Shown here: positions 11,332-20,743 of the stretch, in pieces
How positions within the stretch are numbered: position 1 is the stretch's first letter
Layout of the letters: every line of letters starts with the position of its first letter
Assembly (NCBI RefSeq): GCF_020885515.1
Contig: NZ_AP024987.1
Coordinates: forward strand, 1,050,001 to 1,082,000
Length of the DNA: 32,000 nt
Reading direction: 5' to 3'
Origin: a cyanobacterium endosymbiont of Braarudosphaera bigelowii
Lineage (GTDB): Bacteria; Cyanobacteriota; Cyanobacteriia; Cyanobacteriales; Microcystaceae
The notes under the pieces: model-generated
What the model was told of the DNA's origin: nothing
The model's database searches: none
The model's input: only the letters and a program-made list of their open reading frames with translations
Program-made: the position numbers and the translations under genes

Positions 11332-11631
11332 ATGAATAATCCTTTAAAAGAATCTTCTTCGCAAGAAGTTAGCCCTTTAAGCTGTCTTATTGGATCATTT
11401 TTAGCCGGAATATTAGGCTATGGACTTTATGTATTAACTAGTTCTATTATTTATTCTTTTTATGCTAAGCCTTTAATATCTTCTAATCTTTTAACTATAA
11501 AATTAGGAAGTTTGGTAAGGACCTTAGTCATGGGCGTTGCTTCATTAGCAACTTTTATATGTTTCTTTATATCTTGTGGGTTAATTTTATTAGCTTTTCA
11601 ATTATTTTGGAATAAAATTAATCGTACTTAG
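11332..11631 (+). CDS. Small two-helix membrane protein (DUF3082-like, cyanobacteria-conserved)
   Basis: 99 aa with two clear hydrophobic helices. The pattern SPLSCLIGSFLAGILGYGLY...AKPL....LTIKLGSLVRTLVMGVASLATF matches my recollection of DUF3082 proteins. Family assignment is from memory only. Confidence 0.6.
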   Translation: MNNPLKESSSQEVSPLSCLIGSFLAGILGYGLYVLTSSIIYSFYAKPLISSNLLTIKLGSLVRTLVMGVASLATFICFFISCGLILLAFQLFWNKINRT

Positions 11632-12421
11632 TTGAAAGATTTTTTATGATACTTTTATTTACTTCATTAAATTCATAAATTACTGTTTTATTTTCTCTTA
11701 GCCTACCCAATCGTGTAGGCTTTTGATGCTTTAGTCCCACTAAAAGTAATCCAGCATTATCTGTTTCAATAATAATACTTTTTTCTCCCTGCCATACTTT
11801 TTCTATTTTTTCGTTAAATAATCCATTAAACTTTATATGATTATCAACTATTACTTTTAATGTTGACTCTCCTTTCCCACTAACTTTTACTACTATATTA
11901 CTCTTATCTATTCCAGAAGATAATGAATTTACAGTAATTTGATCTGAAATACTATCATATTTCTTTTCTAAAAAAAAAAGAAATACAGTCAAAATGATAT
12001 TGATTGAAATATAGACATTAAATATATAAATAAAGTAGCAATATAAAGGCTTTAATGAAATGGATAATGGTTTAGAAAAAATTTGTGAGTAAGAAGTAGA
12101 TTTAGATGTAATATTACTTAATGAGTCGACTGGTAACCCCTCAACCAATTTTTGTCCATCTAAATCTAAGCAATTAGCGAATTTTCTTATTAAATTTTTT
12201 GTATAAATTATTTCTGACAATTTATTTAAATGACCATTTTCGATAGCTTTTAAAACATATATTGGAATACTTGTTTTTTGAGAAATAGAAATAAGTTTTA
12301 AACCTTTTTTTTTTCTGGCATAAAAGAGTTGATTACCAATTTCTCGTAAAGTATCTTCCTGCATTTTATTTTTTTTCACTAGAAGGAAAGTAGTATATTT
12401 AGATTGACTGAGATTACTCAT
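11618..12421 (-). CDS. RodZ-like helix-turn-helix membrane protein (HTH + TM + DUF4115-like C-terminus)
   Basis: 267 aa. N-terminal XRE-type HTH (LREIGNQLFYARKKKGLKLISISQKTSIPIYVLKAIENGHLNKL), one TM helix (YCYFIYIFNVYISINIILTVFLFFL) and a beta-rich C-terminal domain. An alternative start exists at Met20 (12364). The 3' end overlaps the convergent upstream ORF by 14 nt. Confidence 0.7.
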   Translation of the reverse strand: MSNLSQSKYTTFLLVKKNKMQEDTLREIGNQLFYARKKKGLKLISISQKTSIPIYVLKAIENGHLNKLSEIIYTKNLIRKFANCLDLDGQKLVEGLPVDSLSNITSKSTSYSQIFSKPLSISLKPLYCYFIYIFNVYISINIILTVFLFFLEKKYDSISDQITVNSLSSGIDKSNIVVKVSGKGESTLKVIVDNHIKFNGLFNEKIEKVWQGEKSIIIETDNAGLLLVGLKHQKPTRLGRLRENKTVIYEFNEVNKSIIKNLSTKYD

Positions 12422-12473
12422 TTTAGTGGATAATAAGGTTAAATAATACCCATTATTTTCTAATATTTATCAG

Positions 12474-13247
12474 CTAATGTTTTATTACATTATTATGAAA
12501 TAATTTTGTCAGATATTTTAAAGTATTAACTTCTGAAGAATTCAATAAACGATAATTTCCAATACTTAAGTTACTAGCTTTAGAAGTTAATAAAGATATA
12601 GGCCCAATAGCAGTACGATGCAGTTTCATAACATCTAACTTAAATTGCTGCGCAATACGGCGAATTTGTCGATTTTTACCCTCTGTCAAAATAATTTTTA
12701 AATTCGTATATTGTCCATTATTGTTAAGGATTTCTATATAAGTAGGTAAGGTTCTCCTTCCGCCCAAGATAACACCCTGGCGCCAATTTTTTAATATTTT
12801 TTGTGTAAAATTGCCTCGTACCATAACTTCATATTTTTTAGGTAAATGGTACCGTGGATGAGTTAATTGTAAAGTTAAATTTCCATCATTTGTCAATAAT
12901 AAAGCTCCGGAAGAATTCATATCAAGTCTTCCGACAGGATGTATCCCTATTCCTTTTCTTAAACTATTAGGAAGTAGTTCCATTACAATAGGACGATTTT
13001 GAGAATCACTACAAGAACAAATTACTCCTACAGGCTTATTCATTAACATATAGAGTAATTGTGGTTTTTTATTGGATTCAATTAACTTTCCATCCAATTT
13101 TAAAAGATCATAAATTGGATCTGCCTTATCTCCTAATACTGCAACTTTTCCATTTAATTTTAATCGCCCTTCTAATATTAAAGTTTCTGCATGACGTCTG
13201 GAAGCAATTCCCCATTGAGATAAGATCTTCTGTATTCGCTCTTCCAC
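12474..13247 (-). CDS. RsuA/RluB-family pseudouridine synthase with N-terminal S4 domain
   Basis: 257 aa. S4 domain (RIQKILSQWGIASRRHAETLILEGRLKLNGK), catalytic motif HPVGRLDMNSSGALLLTNDG, then KYEVMV and GKNRQIRR. Confidence 0.9.
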   Translation of the reverse strand: MEERIQKILSQWGIASRRHAETLILEGRLKLNGKVAVLGDKADPIYDLLKLDGKLIESNKKPQLLYMLMNKPVGVICSCSDSQNRPIVMELLPNSLRKGIGIHPVGRLDMNSSGALLLTNDGNLTLQLTHPRYHLPKKYEVMVRGNFTQKILKNWRQGVILGGRRTLPTYIEILNNNGQYTNLKIILTEGKNRQIRRIAQQFKLDVMKLHRTAIGPISLLTSKASNLSIGNYRLLNSSEVNTLKYLTKLFHNNVIKH

Positions 13248-13300
13248 TTCTATTAAACCTCAAAATGTTAACAAAACTTCCTATCTTTATATTCACGTAT

Positions 13301-13340
13301 TAACAAGACTACATAAAATTTATTTTATGTAGTCTTGTTA
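13301..13340. terminator. Perfect 18-bp inverted repeat with 4-nt loop between the GT39 gene and the pseudouridine synthase gene
   Basis: taacaagactacataaaa (13301-13318) is the exact reverse complement of ttttatgtagtcttgtta (13323-13340). It sits 135 nt downstream of the GT39 stop and 54 nt upstream of the pseudouridine synthase start (both minus strand). No flanking U-tract. Confidence 0.35.
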
Positions 13341-13474
13341 AAATTTATGAAACGCTATTGGTCTATTATCTAATAAATAATTAAATGTAATACATGACAT
13401 TTTGAAATTAAACAACAAAACGGAAACTTATACTTTATTTTTTTCAATTTCGATTTACATATTACAAGCTAAAC

Positions 13475-15292
13475 CTATAGAATTTGTTTTAATTTATTAG
13501 CTATTATTTTCTTCTTGATACGAATTAACTTATACACACTCTCTTGTTGCATTAAAGTATAGTCTGACTTTGCTAAATGTAATTTATCCAAATATTTTTT
13601 TTCGCTAACTATTAATATATTTTCCTGACTATTTATTTGTTGAAAATATTTTATAGCAAACCCATTATCAATATCAGATTCTGTTATTGAGTCAACAACA
13701 CCTTGTGTATAAAATACCAAACTCGGACGCATAAAACCTAGAAAAACTAGTCTTTCGTTTGCCTCTCTTTCAGTTTTTATCAAATTGGCAATTTCTCTCA
13801 AAGGTAAGTGTCTTTGACTGTCAACAAGTTGTGCAACTGGTAAGCAAATCCAAGAAAAGAAACCTAAAAATCCTAATAAGTTAGCAACCCACAGCCAAGA
13901 ACGATAATTGCGAATCCAAACTAACAATAGAGCAAAAAAAGCGGAAAACGACCAAATTATTCCTCCTTTTACCAATAAATGAGATCTTAGTAGGAAATTT
14001 TCTAGCTCGGGCATCACAGGATCATTTCCAATGAAATGATGGCTATAGAAAATGGCTGTAGCAAACCCAATCAAGATACCAATATTAGCAATACAACTTA
14101 TTAAAAATAAAAAGGGCCATATTTTTGATGACTGTTTATTGTTATTGATTCGTTTACCCCAAAATAGTGTTAATATAACCGCTACAGCAGGAATAGAAGG
14201 TAAAATATAACTTATTAGTTTTGTTGCAGAAATAGAAAAAAATAGGAAGATTACAATAAACCAGCATAGACAAAATATGCCTAAATGATTACTACGGGAA
14301 GAGTTTACTAGTTGATTTCGTTTCCAAAATTTTAGTTCAGCCAATGCAAGGGGAAAATAAACTGACCAGGGTAACAACCCTATAATAATAACAATTGCAT
14401 AGTAATACCAAGCTCCAGGATGACGGCTTACGACACTTGTAAATCTCTGGACATTATGCAATCCAAAAAATGTATTAATATACTCTTGCCCATGAGCCAT
14501 AGTAACTAGAATAAACCAAGGAGTGGAAATTAGAGAAAAACTCAACAATCCAGATATCCAAGAAATTTCTTTAATAACTGGAACAAGCTGCTTTACATAT
14601 ATTAAAAAAACAGAAACAATGATACCAGGTAGGACTAGAGCAACAGGGCCTTTTGCAAGAATGCCTAAAGACATAAAAATCCAATATCCAAGATACCACA
14701 ACTTTTTGACCGATAATCCTAAGTAAGTACAAGAACCTTTTCCTTGTTGCACATAGCCTAAAAAAAAAGAAAATAACGCTAAAGATATACTGCTTGCTAA
14801 GAAAATATCAGAAACACTTGTTCGTCCCCAAGCAATCCAGAAAGGATTTAATGCAATAATTCCTGAACCAATCCATGCAGAAAGCCATGGTTTTGTAGTA
14901 GAAGAAAGACCTTTTGATGAGATAGTATCACCGAAATTTTTTAAAGTATAAAAAGCTAGTATTATTACTAAGATCGCTGCTAACGCTGAGGGAATTCTAG
15001 CTCCCCACTCATTAATTCCAAATATTTTATACGATAAGCCAATAAGCCAATAAGTTAGAGGTGGTTTATCAAAACGTACTTCTTGATTCCAATATGGAGT
15101 AATCCAATCTCCTGTAACTACCATTTGCCGAGCTGCTTCTGCAAACATCGGTTCTGTTTTATCTAATAGACCAATATTCCCTAGTTCTGAAAAAAAAGCA
15201 ATAGAACTAATTAAGAATAGCCATAAGAATGAAAATAACCAAAGTGTTTTTTTATCCTTCTTCCAAGCATCGATAATTTTATTCTCAAACAT
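13475..15292 (-). CDS. Glycosyltransferase family 39 (ArnT / dolichyl-phosphate-mannose mannosyltransferase-like) polytopic membrane protein
   Basis: 605 aa with more than 10 hydrophobic helices. The N-terminal signature is typical of ArnT/PMT-like enzymes (DKTEPMFAEAARQMVVTGDWITPYWNQEVRFDKPPLTYW). Confidence 0.88.
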   Translation of the reverse strand: MFENKIIDAWKKDKKTLWLFSFLWLFLISSIAFFSELGNIGLLDKTEPMFAEAARQMVVTGDWITPYWNQEVRFDKPPLTYWLIGLSYKIFGINEWGARIPSALAAILVIILAFYTLKNFGDTISSKGLSSTTKPWLSAWIGSGIIALNPFWIAWGRTSVSDIFLASSISLALFSFFLGYVQQGKGSCTYLGLSVKKLWYLGYWIFMSLGILAKGPVALVLPGIIVSVFLIYVKQLVPVIKEISWISGLLSFSLISTPWFILVTMAHGQEYINTFFGLHNVQRFTSVVSRHPGAWYYYAIVIIIGLLPWSVYFPLALAELKFWKRNQLVNSSRSNHLGIFCLCWFIVIFLFFSISATKLISYILPSIPAVAVILTLFWGKRINNNKQSSKIWPFLFLISCIANIGILIGFATAIFYSHHFIGNDPVMPELENFLLRSHLLVKGGIIWSFSAFFALLLVWIRNYRSWLWVANLLGFLGFFSWICLPVAQLVDSQRHLPLREIANLIKTEREANERLVFLGFMRPSLVFYTQGVVDSITESDIDNGFAIKYFQQINSQENILIVSEKKYLDKLHLAKSDYTLMQQESVYKLIRIKKKIIANKLKQIL

Positions 15293-15340
15293 TGATGATT
15301 TTATTCTGTTTATTAAATTTATTTTTTTATTTTTTCATCT

Positions 15341-15991
15341 TTAAGAATCAAGGTACTTATTATTAATGGACTTTAATAAAGTGATACAAAATAGAAACCC
15401 CATAAAGGCAATAACAGTACCTGCTAGTAAATCAGTATACCAATGAATATTTAGATAAATACTTGACCACCCTATTGTCATAACAAAAAAAATAGAAATG
15501 GTATAAAAAAAAGCTTTCCATTTTGGAAAATAAAAACCCATTAGATAAGAGAAATATAAATATAGCATCAAATTTCCAGATATGTGTCCACTTGGATAAC
15601 TTTTCCCGTGAACATCAATAAGACCTGGAATTGGGCGAATACGTCCAAACCATGGTTTTAATATTTTATCAATTACCAATAAAATTCCCATAGCTGAAAT
15701 AGCTAATACTTGAGCCTCTTTCCAATAAGATTTCCAACATAAAAATCCTAAACTTAGGATAACAATACAAGCTGCAACTTCTGATTCCCCTAAAAAATAG
15801 AATATCTTAGCTATTTTAGTTAAGATAGGATGTTGATAAAGATGAACCAACTTTATTAGATTAAGGTCCATAGTATTCAATTTACCTGAGATAACTATTC
15901 TAGTTAAGCCAGTAAATAATGTTACAACAGTAATGAAGAATAAAGCAAAAGTTTTATCAATTTTATTCAATAAATGTTTTTTAAATTTCAT
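15341..15991 (-). CDS. PAP2-family lipid phosphate phosphatase
   Basis: 216 aa membrane protein with the three PAP2 motifs: KPWFGRIRP (K-x6-RP), YPSGH, and SIYLNIHWYTD (H-x3-D). It lies 48 nt upstream of the GT39 gene on the same strand. Confidence 0.85.
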   Translation of the reverse strand: MKFKKHLLNKIDKTFALFFITVVTLFTGLTRIVISGKLNTMDLNLIKLVHLYQHPILTKIAKIFYFLGESEVAACIVILSLGFLCWKSYWKEAQVLAISAMGILLVIDKILKPWFGRIRPIPGLIDVHGKSYPSGHISGNLMLYLYFSYLMGFYFPKWKAFFYTISIFFVMTIGWSSIYLNIHWYTDLLAGTVIAFMGFLFCITLLKSINNKYLDS

Positions 15992-16318
15992 ACTATTAAG
16001 TAACTTAAATAGTAGGTATTGCCGTATGATAGCATTTAAGGCTAAATCTAGCTGGAGATCGTTAAAATTAATTCAATTACAATTGAATTTAAGATTTTTT
16101 AGTAGTATCAAATACTTAAAGAATACTATAGATTTTCTATATAAAAGAAATATAAATGTTAATAGTTAGAAGTTAGTTAATTATTTAGATAATTAGCTTT
16201 TAATATGTATATTAATACGAAAATTTATATTAAGGCTAAGGAGCAATAGAATATTGATAGAAAATAATTTCTTATGTACATATATAGTACATTTTACAAA
16301 AATTTCACTTCAATTATT

Positions 16319-17737
16319 TTATTCTACATATCTCAGTTTACTTCTTAACGTAAATTGAATATTCTGAAAAATTGATTTTGGAGTTAACGATGTTAAAATA
16401 TTTTTAATTACTTTTTTAGGCCCTTCAGGCCCATATATAGCTCCACTAATTAAATAACTCTTCGAAGTTTCTCCTATCATATAACAAGCGATACCTGCAA
16501 TAGTACCTTGAATTACTCCTATAGATAAATGCAGAAATATAGAGCTTTCCAATAGGATAGAAATTGTTTCACTAGGAATTTCTTTTAACAGGTTTAATAC
16601 TAATGATATAAAAAATTCACTAATACTAATACTGATCATACTAAGAATAAGCTTTTTAATAAGACAAATTCTTCCTTTTTGAGTTATTGGAACATTATAT
16701 AAATCAGATAAAGCTAATATCATTACCATATCGATAAGAGATCCTAGTATTAAATCTGCAATAATTATAGGACTAAGACCAACAATTATAAATTTTAATA
16801 CTGCAGTTTTTTGAATAATATGATCAGCTTTTTTGCCATAAGTTCTAAATTTATATAATGTGGCCTGTTCATTAATTTTATCAGCTAATAACATAGAGTT
16901 AAAAGCTATTAAGGATTGTCCTTCTTTATCTAATAAATCTAAAATTTTCAGTTTTAATTGTTCAATTCTCGGTCTACCTTTTAAATACTTTAGTTTCCAA
17001 TGACCTTGCTTATCTTTAACTAATTTTGAAATAAGCGGAGATGCTGCAACTGTTGTGATTTCATTGTAAGTAAATAGTTTTCCAATACGTTCATTATATA
17101 TTTTTTTATGTATTTCTAAAGAATCTACTTTTGAATATTGGTCTATTTTATTAAAAACTATAATAACTGGTTTACCTAATTCTTGTAGTTTATGTAAAGC
17201 TTCAAATTCTTTTTGAGTTATATCTTCCGTAATAGTAAACAGGACTAAATCTACTTTCTCAGCTATTTTATAAGCTATTATCTCTCGATTTTTACCGTTT
17301 ACTTCATCTAATCCAGGAGTGTCAATTAATTGTACTTTATGGTATTTATATTTTGATAAATGTGTTAAATTTTTATTTTTTAATAATTTCCAATTAGCAG
17401 TTTTAATAGTTTTAGTAACTCCATGAAGAGGTCCTGTCTTAAAAATTTCTCTCTCCAGCAGACTATTGAGAATAGATGATTTACCTTTTCCAACCATACC
17501 AAAAATAGCAATTTGCACAACAGATTTTTCTAATCTTATCAATGTCTGCTTCAATGATCTCAACTCTGTTTCTAATATTTTTGCATCCTGACTTGATATA
17601 GAGAAAGAATCAACAAGATTTTCTAGAGTATTTCTTGCTTGTGTATAGTTAAACTCTTCTCCTGCTTTTGCTGTATTTGATAGATCTTTATGTAAGTTCT
17701 TATAATAAAACTTATTGTTTAAATTTAGTTGAAACAT
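16319..17737 (-). CDS. GTP-binding protein with C-terminal DUF697-like membrane domain
   Basis: 472 aa. G1 GMVGKGKSS, G3 DTPGLDE, G4 FNKID. The C-terminal third has hydrophobic helices (VLKFIIVGLSPIIIADLILGSLIDMVMILAL...). Confidence 0.85.
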   Translation of the reverse strand: MFQLNLNNKFYYKNLHKDLSNTAKAGEEFNYTQARNTLENLVDSFSISSQDAKILETELRSLKQTLIRLEKSVVQIAIFGMVGKGKSSILNSLLEREIFKTGPLHGVTKTIKTANWKLLKNKNLTHLSKYKYHKVQLIDTPGLDEVNGKNREIIAYKIAEKVDLVLFTITEDITQKEFEALHKLQELGKPVIIVFNKIDQYSKVDSLEIHKKIYNERIGKLFTYNEITTVAASPLISKLVKDKQGHWKLKYLKGRPRIEQLKLKILDLLDKEGQSLIAFNSMLLADKINEQATLYKFRTYGKKADHIIQKTAVLKFIIVGLSPIIIADLILGSLIDMVMILALSDLYNVPITQKGRICLIKKLILSMISISISEFFISLVLNLLKEIPSETISILLESSIFLHLSIGVIQGTIAGIACYMIGETSKSYLISGAIYGPEGPKKVIKNILTSLTPKSIFQNIQFTLRSKLRYVE

Positions 17738-17841
17738 TTCCTTAGATTTATACTATTCAAATTATGATAAATCTAATCTCTATTAGTTTATTAAATAAAA
17801 TTCAATGATAAATTCATATCTTAAAAGTATACCAAAAAACC

Positions 17842-17868
17842 TTATATAGTTGTTTTAAAACTATATAA
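17842..17868. repeat. 10-bp inverted repeat TTATATAGTT-N7-AACTATATAA, 21 nt upstream of the dam start codon
   Basis: Exact reverse-complement arms at 17842-17851 and 17859-17868. Function is unknown, and the AT-rich composition makes chance occurrence plausible. Confidence 0.5.
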
Positions 17869-17888
17869 TACTTATCCTCTACTTCCAA

Positions 17889-18872
17889 ATGATTAATGAT
17901 TTCAGACATCAGAAAAATAATAACTATTATGCCATTGATATAGAACCAAATTCAAATAATAGGTGGATATCTAAACCAACTCCTGTTGTTAAATGGGCTG
18001 GTGGAAAAAGACAATTGTTAAACGAACTAAGAAGTAAATATCCTGACAAATTAAAAAAAGGACTGATAAAAACTTACTTAGAACCTTTTTGTGGGGGTGG
18101 GGCAGTTTTTTTTGACATTTATTCTTCTTACAAAATTGAGAAAGCTTATCTTTTTGATAAAAATATAGAGCTAATTATATTGTATAAAGTGATACAGTAT
18201 GACGTTTATAAGCTGATCGACAAATTGTATGAATTAGGAGAAAAATATTTAAATTTATCCCTAGATGAAAGAAGTGAATTCTACTATAAGACTAGGAAAT
18301 TATATAATACTTTTGATAAGAAAATTAATTCTAATACTTATAGTCCAAAATGGATAGAGAGGGCTAGTTATACTATTTTTCTTAATAAGACATGCTTTAA
18401 TGGCTTATATAGAGTCAACCGTAAAGAAGAGTTTAATGTTCCAATAGGTGCTTATAAAAACCCCAAAATTCTGTGTGAAAATAATTTAATTGCGGCTAAC
18501 AAAGCGTTTAAAATTGCAGAAATTAAACATGATGATTTTTCTAAAGTTCTGGAATATGCAAACGAGTCTACATTTATTTATTACGATCCTCCTTATCGTC
18601 CTATTAGTCGAAAAAACAATTTTAGATCTTATACTTCATTAAGGTTTGATGATAACGAACAACAACGCTTACAACAAGTATTTGTAAAAGCATCACAATT
18701 AAAGGCGCTACAAATGTTGAGTAATTCAGATCCTAAAAATTACACAGATGATACTTTCTTTGATGAATTATATAAAGAGTTTAACATTAGCAGGTTTTTG
18801 GCTTTAAGAATGATAAATTCTAAAAGTAGCAAGAGAGGTAATATTAAAGAAATCATCATAACTAATTATTAA
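17889..18872 (+). CDS. dam: Dam-family DNA adenine (N6) methyltransferase, no adjacent restriction gene
   Basis: 327 aa. VKWAGGKRQLLNELRSKYP, SAM-binding EPFCGGGAVFF, catalytic YYDPPYRP, and FNVPIG. It has an N-terminal extension of about 30 aa of low complexity. Confidence 0.9.
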   Translation: MINDFRHQKNNNYYAIDIEPNSNNRWISKPTPVVKWAGGKRQLLNELRSKYPDKLKKGLIKTYLEPFCGGGAVFFDIYSSYKIEKAYLFDKNIELIILYKVIQYDVYKLIDKLYELGEKYLNLSLDERSEFYYKTRKLYNTFDKKINSNTYSPKWIERASYTIFLNKTCFNGLYRVNRKEEFNVPIGAYKNPKILCENNLIAANKAFKIAEIKHDDFSKVLEYANESTFIYYDPPYRPISRKNNFRSYTSLRFDDNEQQRLQQVFVKASQLKALQMLSNSDPKNYTDDTFFDELYKEFNISRFLALRMINSKSSKRGNIKEIIITNY

Positions 18873-19096
18873 AATACAAAAGCTTCTGGGAATATAGAAT
18901 TTTATGATATCTATAGTTCTTATTAAATTAGATGAGCTATATTTAAAATAAAAATACCTCATTCATTAAAGAGTGATTTTTTTATCTTCAAAAATAGATA
19001 ATGTAAGATATTTATACTGAATCTATGTTATGAACAGTTTTTGGCTATTATGCCGAATATTCCGTAACTAAATTAATATAATATTTAAGATTTGTT

Positions 19097-20179
19097 CTAC
19101 TTAGTTAGTGTAATTGCAAGATTAATAGCTTCTCTTAAGCTATTAATTCTCGCAATACCTTTTCCAGCGATATCAAAAGCAGTTCCATGATCAGGTGAAG
19201 TGCGAATAAAAGGTAATCCAATAGTATTATTAACAGCTTGTTCAAAAGCCATTAATTTCACAGGTATTAATCCTTGATCATGATATAAGGATAAGTAAGC
19301 GTCTGCTAACTCATCATAATTCTGAGTATAAATAGAGTTTCTAGTTTTTTCTGATTCTAATAAACTTCCAAACCAAGCCTTCATGGGTTTTACCCACATA
19401 GTATCAGGAGGAACTAAGCCGACTAATTTAATATTGGGATGATTTATTCTCTCTTTTATTAGCCAAGGTAACAACCAATCTTTCTCTTCTGTTCCTAACT
19501 GTCCATTTTCTCCACTATGAGGATTCAATCCTCCAATAATAATTTTTGGATTTTTAATAGAGAAATTATTATCAAGGTAATTAATTAATAGATTTAATTT
19601 CACAGACATAAGATTAGGAGTTAGGGTTTGTGAAACTTTATTTAAAGGAATATGTGTAGTAGCCAATAATGTTCTCATAATCCATCCAGTGTAGGGCGAC
19701 TTGGCTACAAATAACATTCCAAATTGATCAACTTTTGCTCTTTTTGCCAAGATTTCAGTTTGTCCAGGATAGTTAAATCCAGCAATTTTCCAGGATAATT
19801 TTGAAATAGGAGCCGTAATAATTCCTTGAAAATTTCCTTTAAGAGTTTGAGTAATTGCTGTATTTAAATATTTAAAACTAGCTTCACCACTAGCTGCATT
19901 ACCGTAACCCGGAATAATTTGGGATTGAACAATAGGATCTATCGGAACATCAAGTATCGAGAATCTTTCAGGATTAGCTAACTTTTCTTTTTTTATTGGT
20001 AATTGTTGATAATTTTCTAATAATATTGATTTTGTTCCAATAACAGTTAACTCACAAGATTGAGAAATAACGGGATCTGCTAATACCTTAAGAATAATTT
20101 CTGGTCCAATACCAGCTGGATCTCCAAGTGTTAAAGCTAACTTTGGACGTTGATTTAAAGAAAGGTTGGCAGATTGCAT
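19097..20179 (-). CDS. pdxA: 4-hydroxythreonine-4-phosphate dehydrogenase
   Basis: 360 aa. [66 protein letters not shown]. Confidence 0.93.
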   Translation of the reverse strand: MQSANLSLNQRPKLALTLGDPAGIGPEIILKVLADPVISQSCELTVIGTKSILLENYQQLPIKKEKLANPERFSILDVPIDPIVQSQIIPGYGNAASGEASFKYLNTAITQTLKGNFQGIITAPISKLSWKIAGFNYPGQTEILAKRAKVDQFGMLFVAKSPYTGWIMRTLLATTHIPLNKVSQTLTPNLMSVKLNLLINYLDNNFSIKNPKIIIGGLNPHSGENGQLGTEEKDWLLPWLIKERINHPNIKLVGLVPPDTMWVKPMKAWFGSLLESEKTRNSIYTQNYDELADAYLSLYHDQGLIPVKLMAFEQAVNNTIGLPFIRTSPDHGTAFDIAGKGIARINSLREAINLAITLTK

Positions 20180-20335
20180 CTTGTTATTTTGCCTTCATGT
20201 TTTACAATACGTATTGACGAATTAATTTCGCTTAAAATTAATAAGCCTATTTATATCGTATATTAGGTAATCTTAAATATGAGCTAAACTCGTCAATAAA
20301 TTTGCACGTCTGTTCCTTCTATTAGGAGAATATTT

Positions 20336-20449
20336 ATGACAGCTGAAAGTATGATGTTTAACGGTCCAGCTTTGATAGGAGTTTTAGTTCTCTTTGGTTT
20401 AGCTTGGGGATTTCTTATACTCAAGATCCAAGGAGGAGAAGCTGAATAG
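20336..20449 (+). CDS. petM: Cytochrome b6-f complex subunit VII (PetM)
   Basis: 37-aa ORF below the track cutoff: [37 protein letters not shown]. It closely resembles cyanobacterial PetM (MTAESML...GLAWGF.I.K.QG.E). A strong RBS AGGAG lies at 20324-20328, 7 nt before the ATG. Confidence 0.9.
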   Translation: MTAESMMFNGPALIGVLVLFGLAWGFLILKIQGGEAE

Positions 20450-20457
20450 TTTAAGAT

Positions 20458-20502
20458 AATGAGGAGGAAGTATAGCTAGGTAAGCTATATTAGCTCCTCA
20501 TT
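20458..20502 (+). terminator. Two-tier hairpin immediately 3' of petM
   Basis: aatgaggag (20458-20466) pairs with ctcctcatt (20494-20502). The inner helix is tatagct (20471-20477) with agctata (20483-20489). It starts 9 nt after the petM stop and is followed by an A-run rather than a U-run. Confidence 0.4.
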
Positions 20503-20743
20503 AAAAAATCATGTAACTATATATTATTAGATTTTGTTTAGATTTTTTAAAATAAATGTTTTTAACATAGATAGCTACAGCATTAAAGCTGAAGTAGATT
20601 AAAAGTATCAGAAAAAGTATAATATTTCTAGGGTTATTCGTACTGAAAAAATAATTAGGTTTAACAATTATTTTTTATATATTTTAAGTTTTAAGTAATA
20701 ATATTTAAGTTATCTTTCTATAAAGAATGAGACATTATAAGTA

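Noticed and set aside
13061-13303. 80-aa plus-strand ORF
   Set aside because: It is antisense to the pseudouridine synthase gene.
14523-14726. 67-aa plus-strand ORF
   Set aside because: It is antisense to the GT39 glycosyltransferase gene.
15933-16169. 78-aa plus-strand ORF
   Set aside because: It overlaps the PAP2 gene start in antisense and then runs into a non-coding spacer. It is low-complexity and has no RBS.
16319-18872. Possible defence/restriction-modification locus (GTPase + DNA methyltransferase side by side)
   Set aside because: The genes are divergently transcribed. The GTPase is the common cyanobacterial DUF697 membrane type. I recognised no nuclease, helicase, specificity subunit or restriction ORF. 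Orphan Dam is normal in cyanobacteria.
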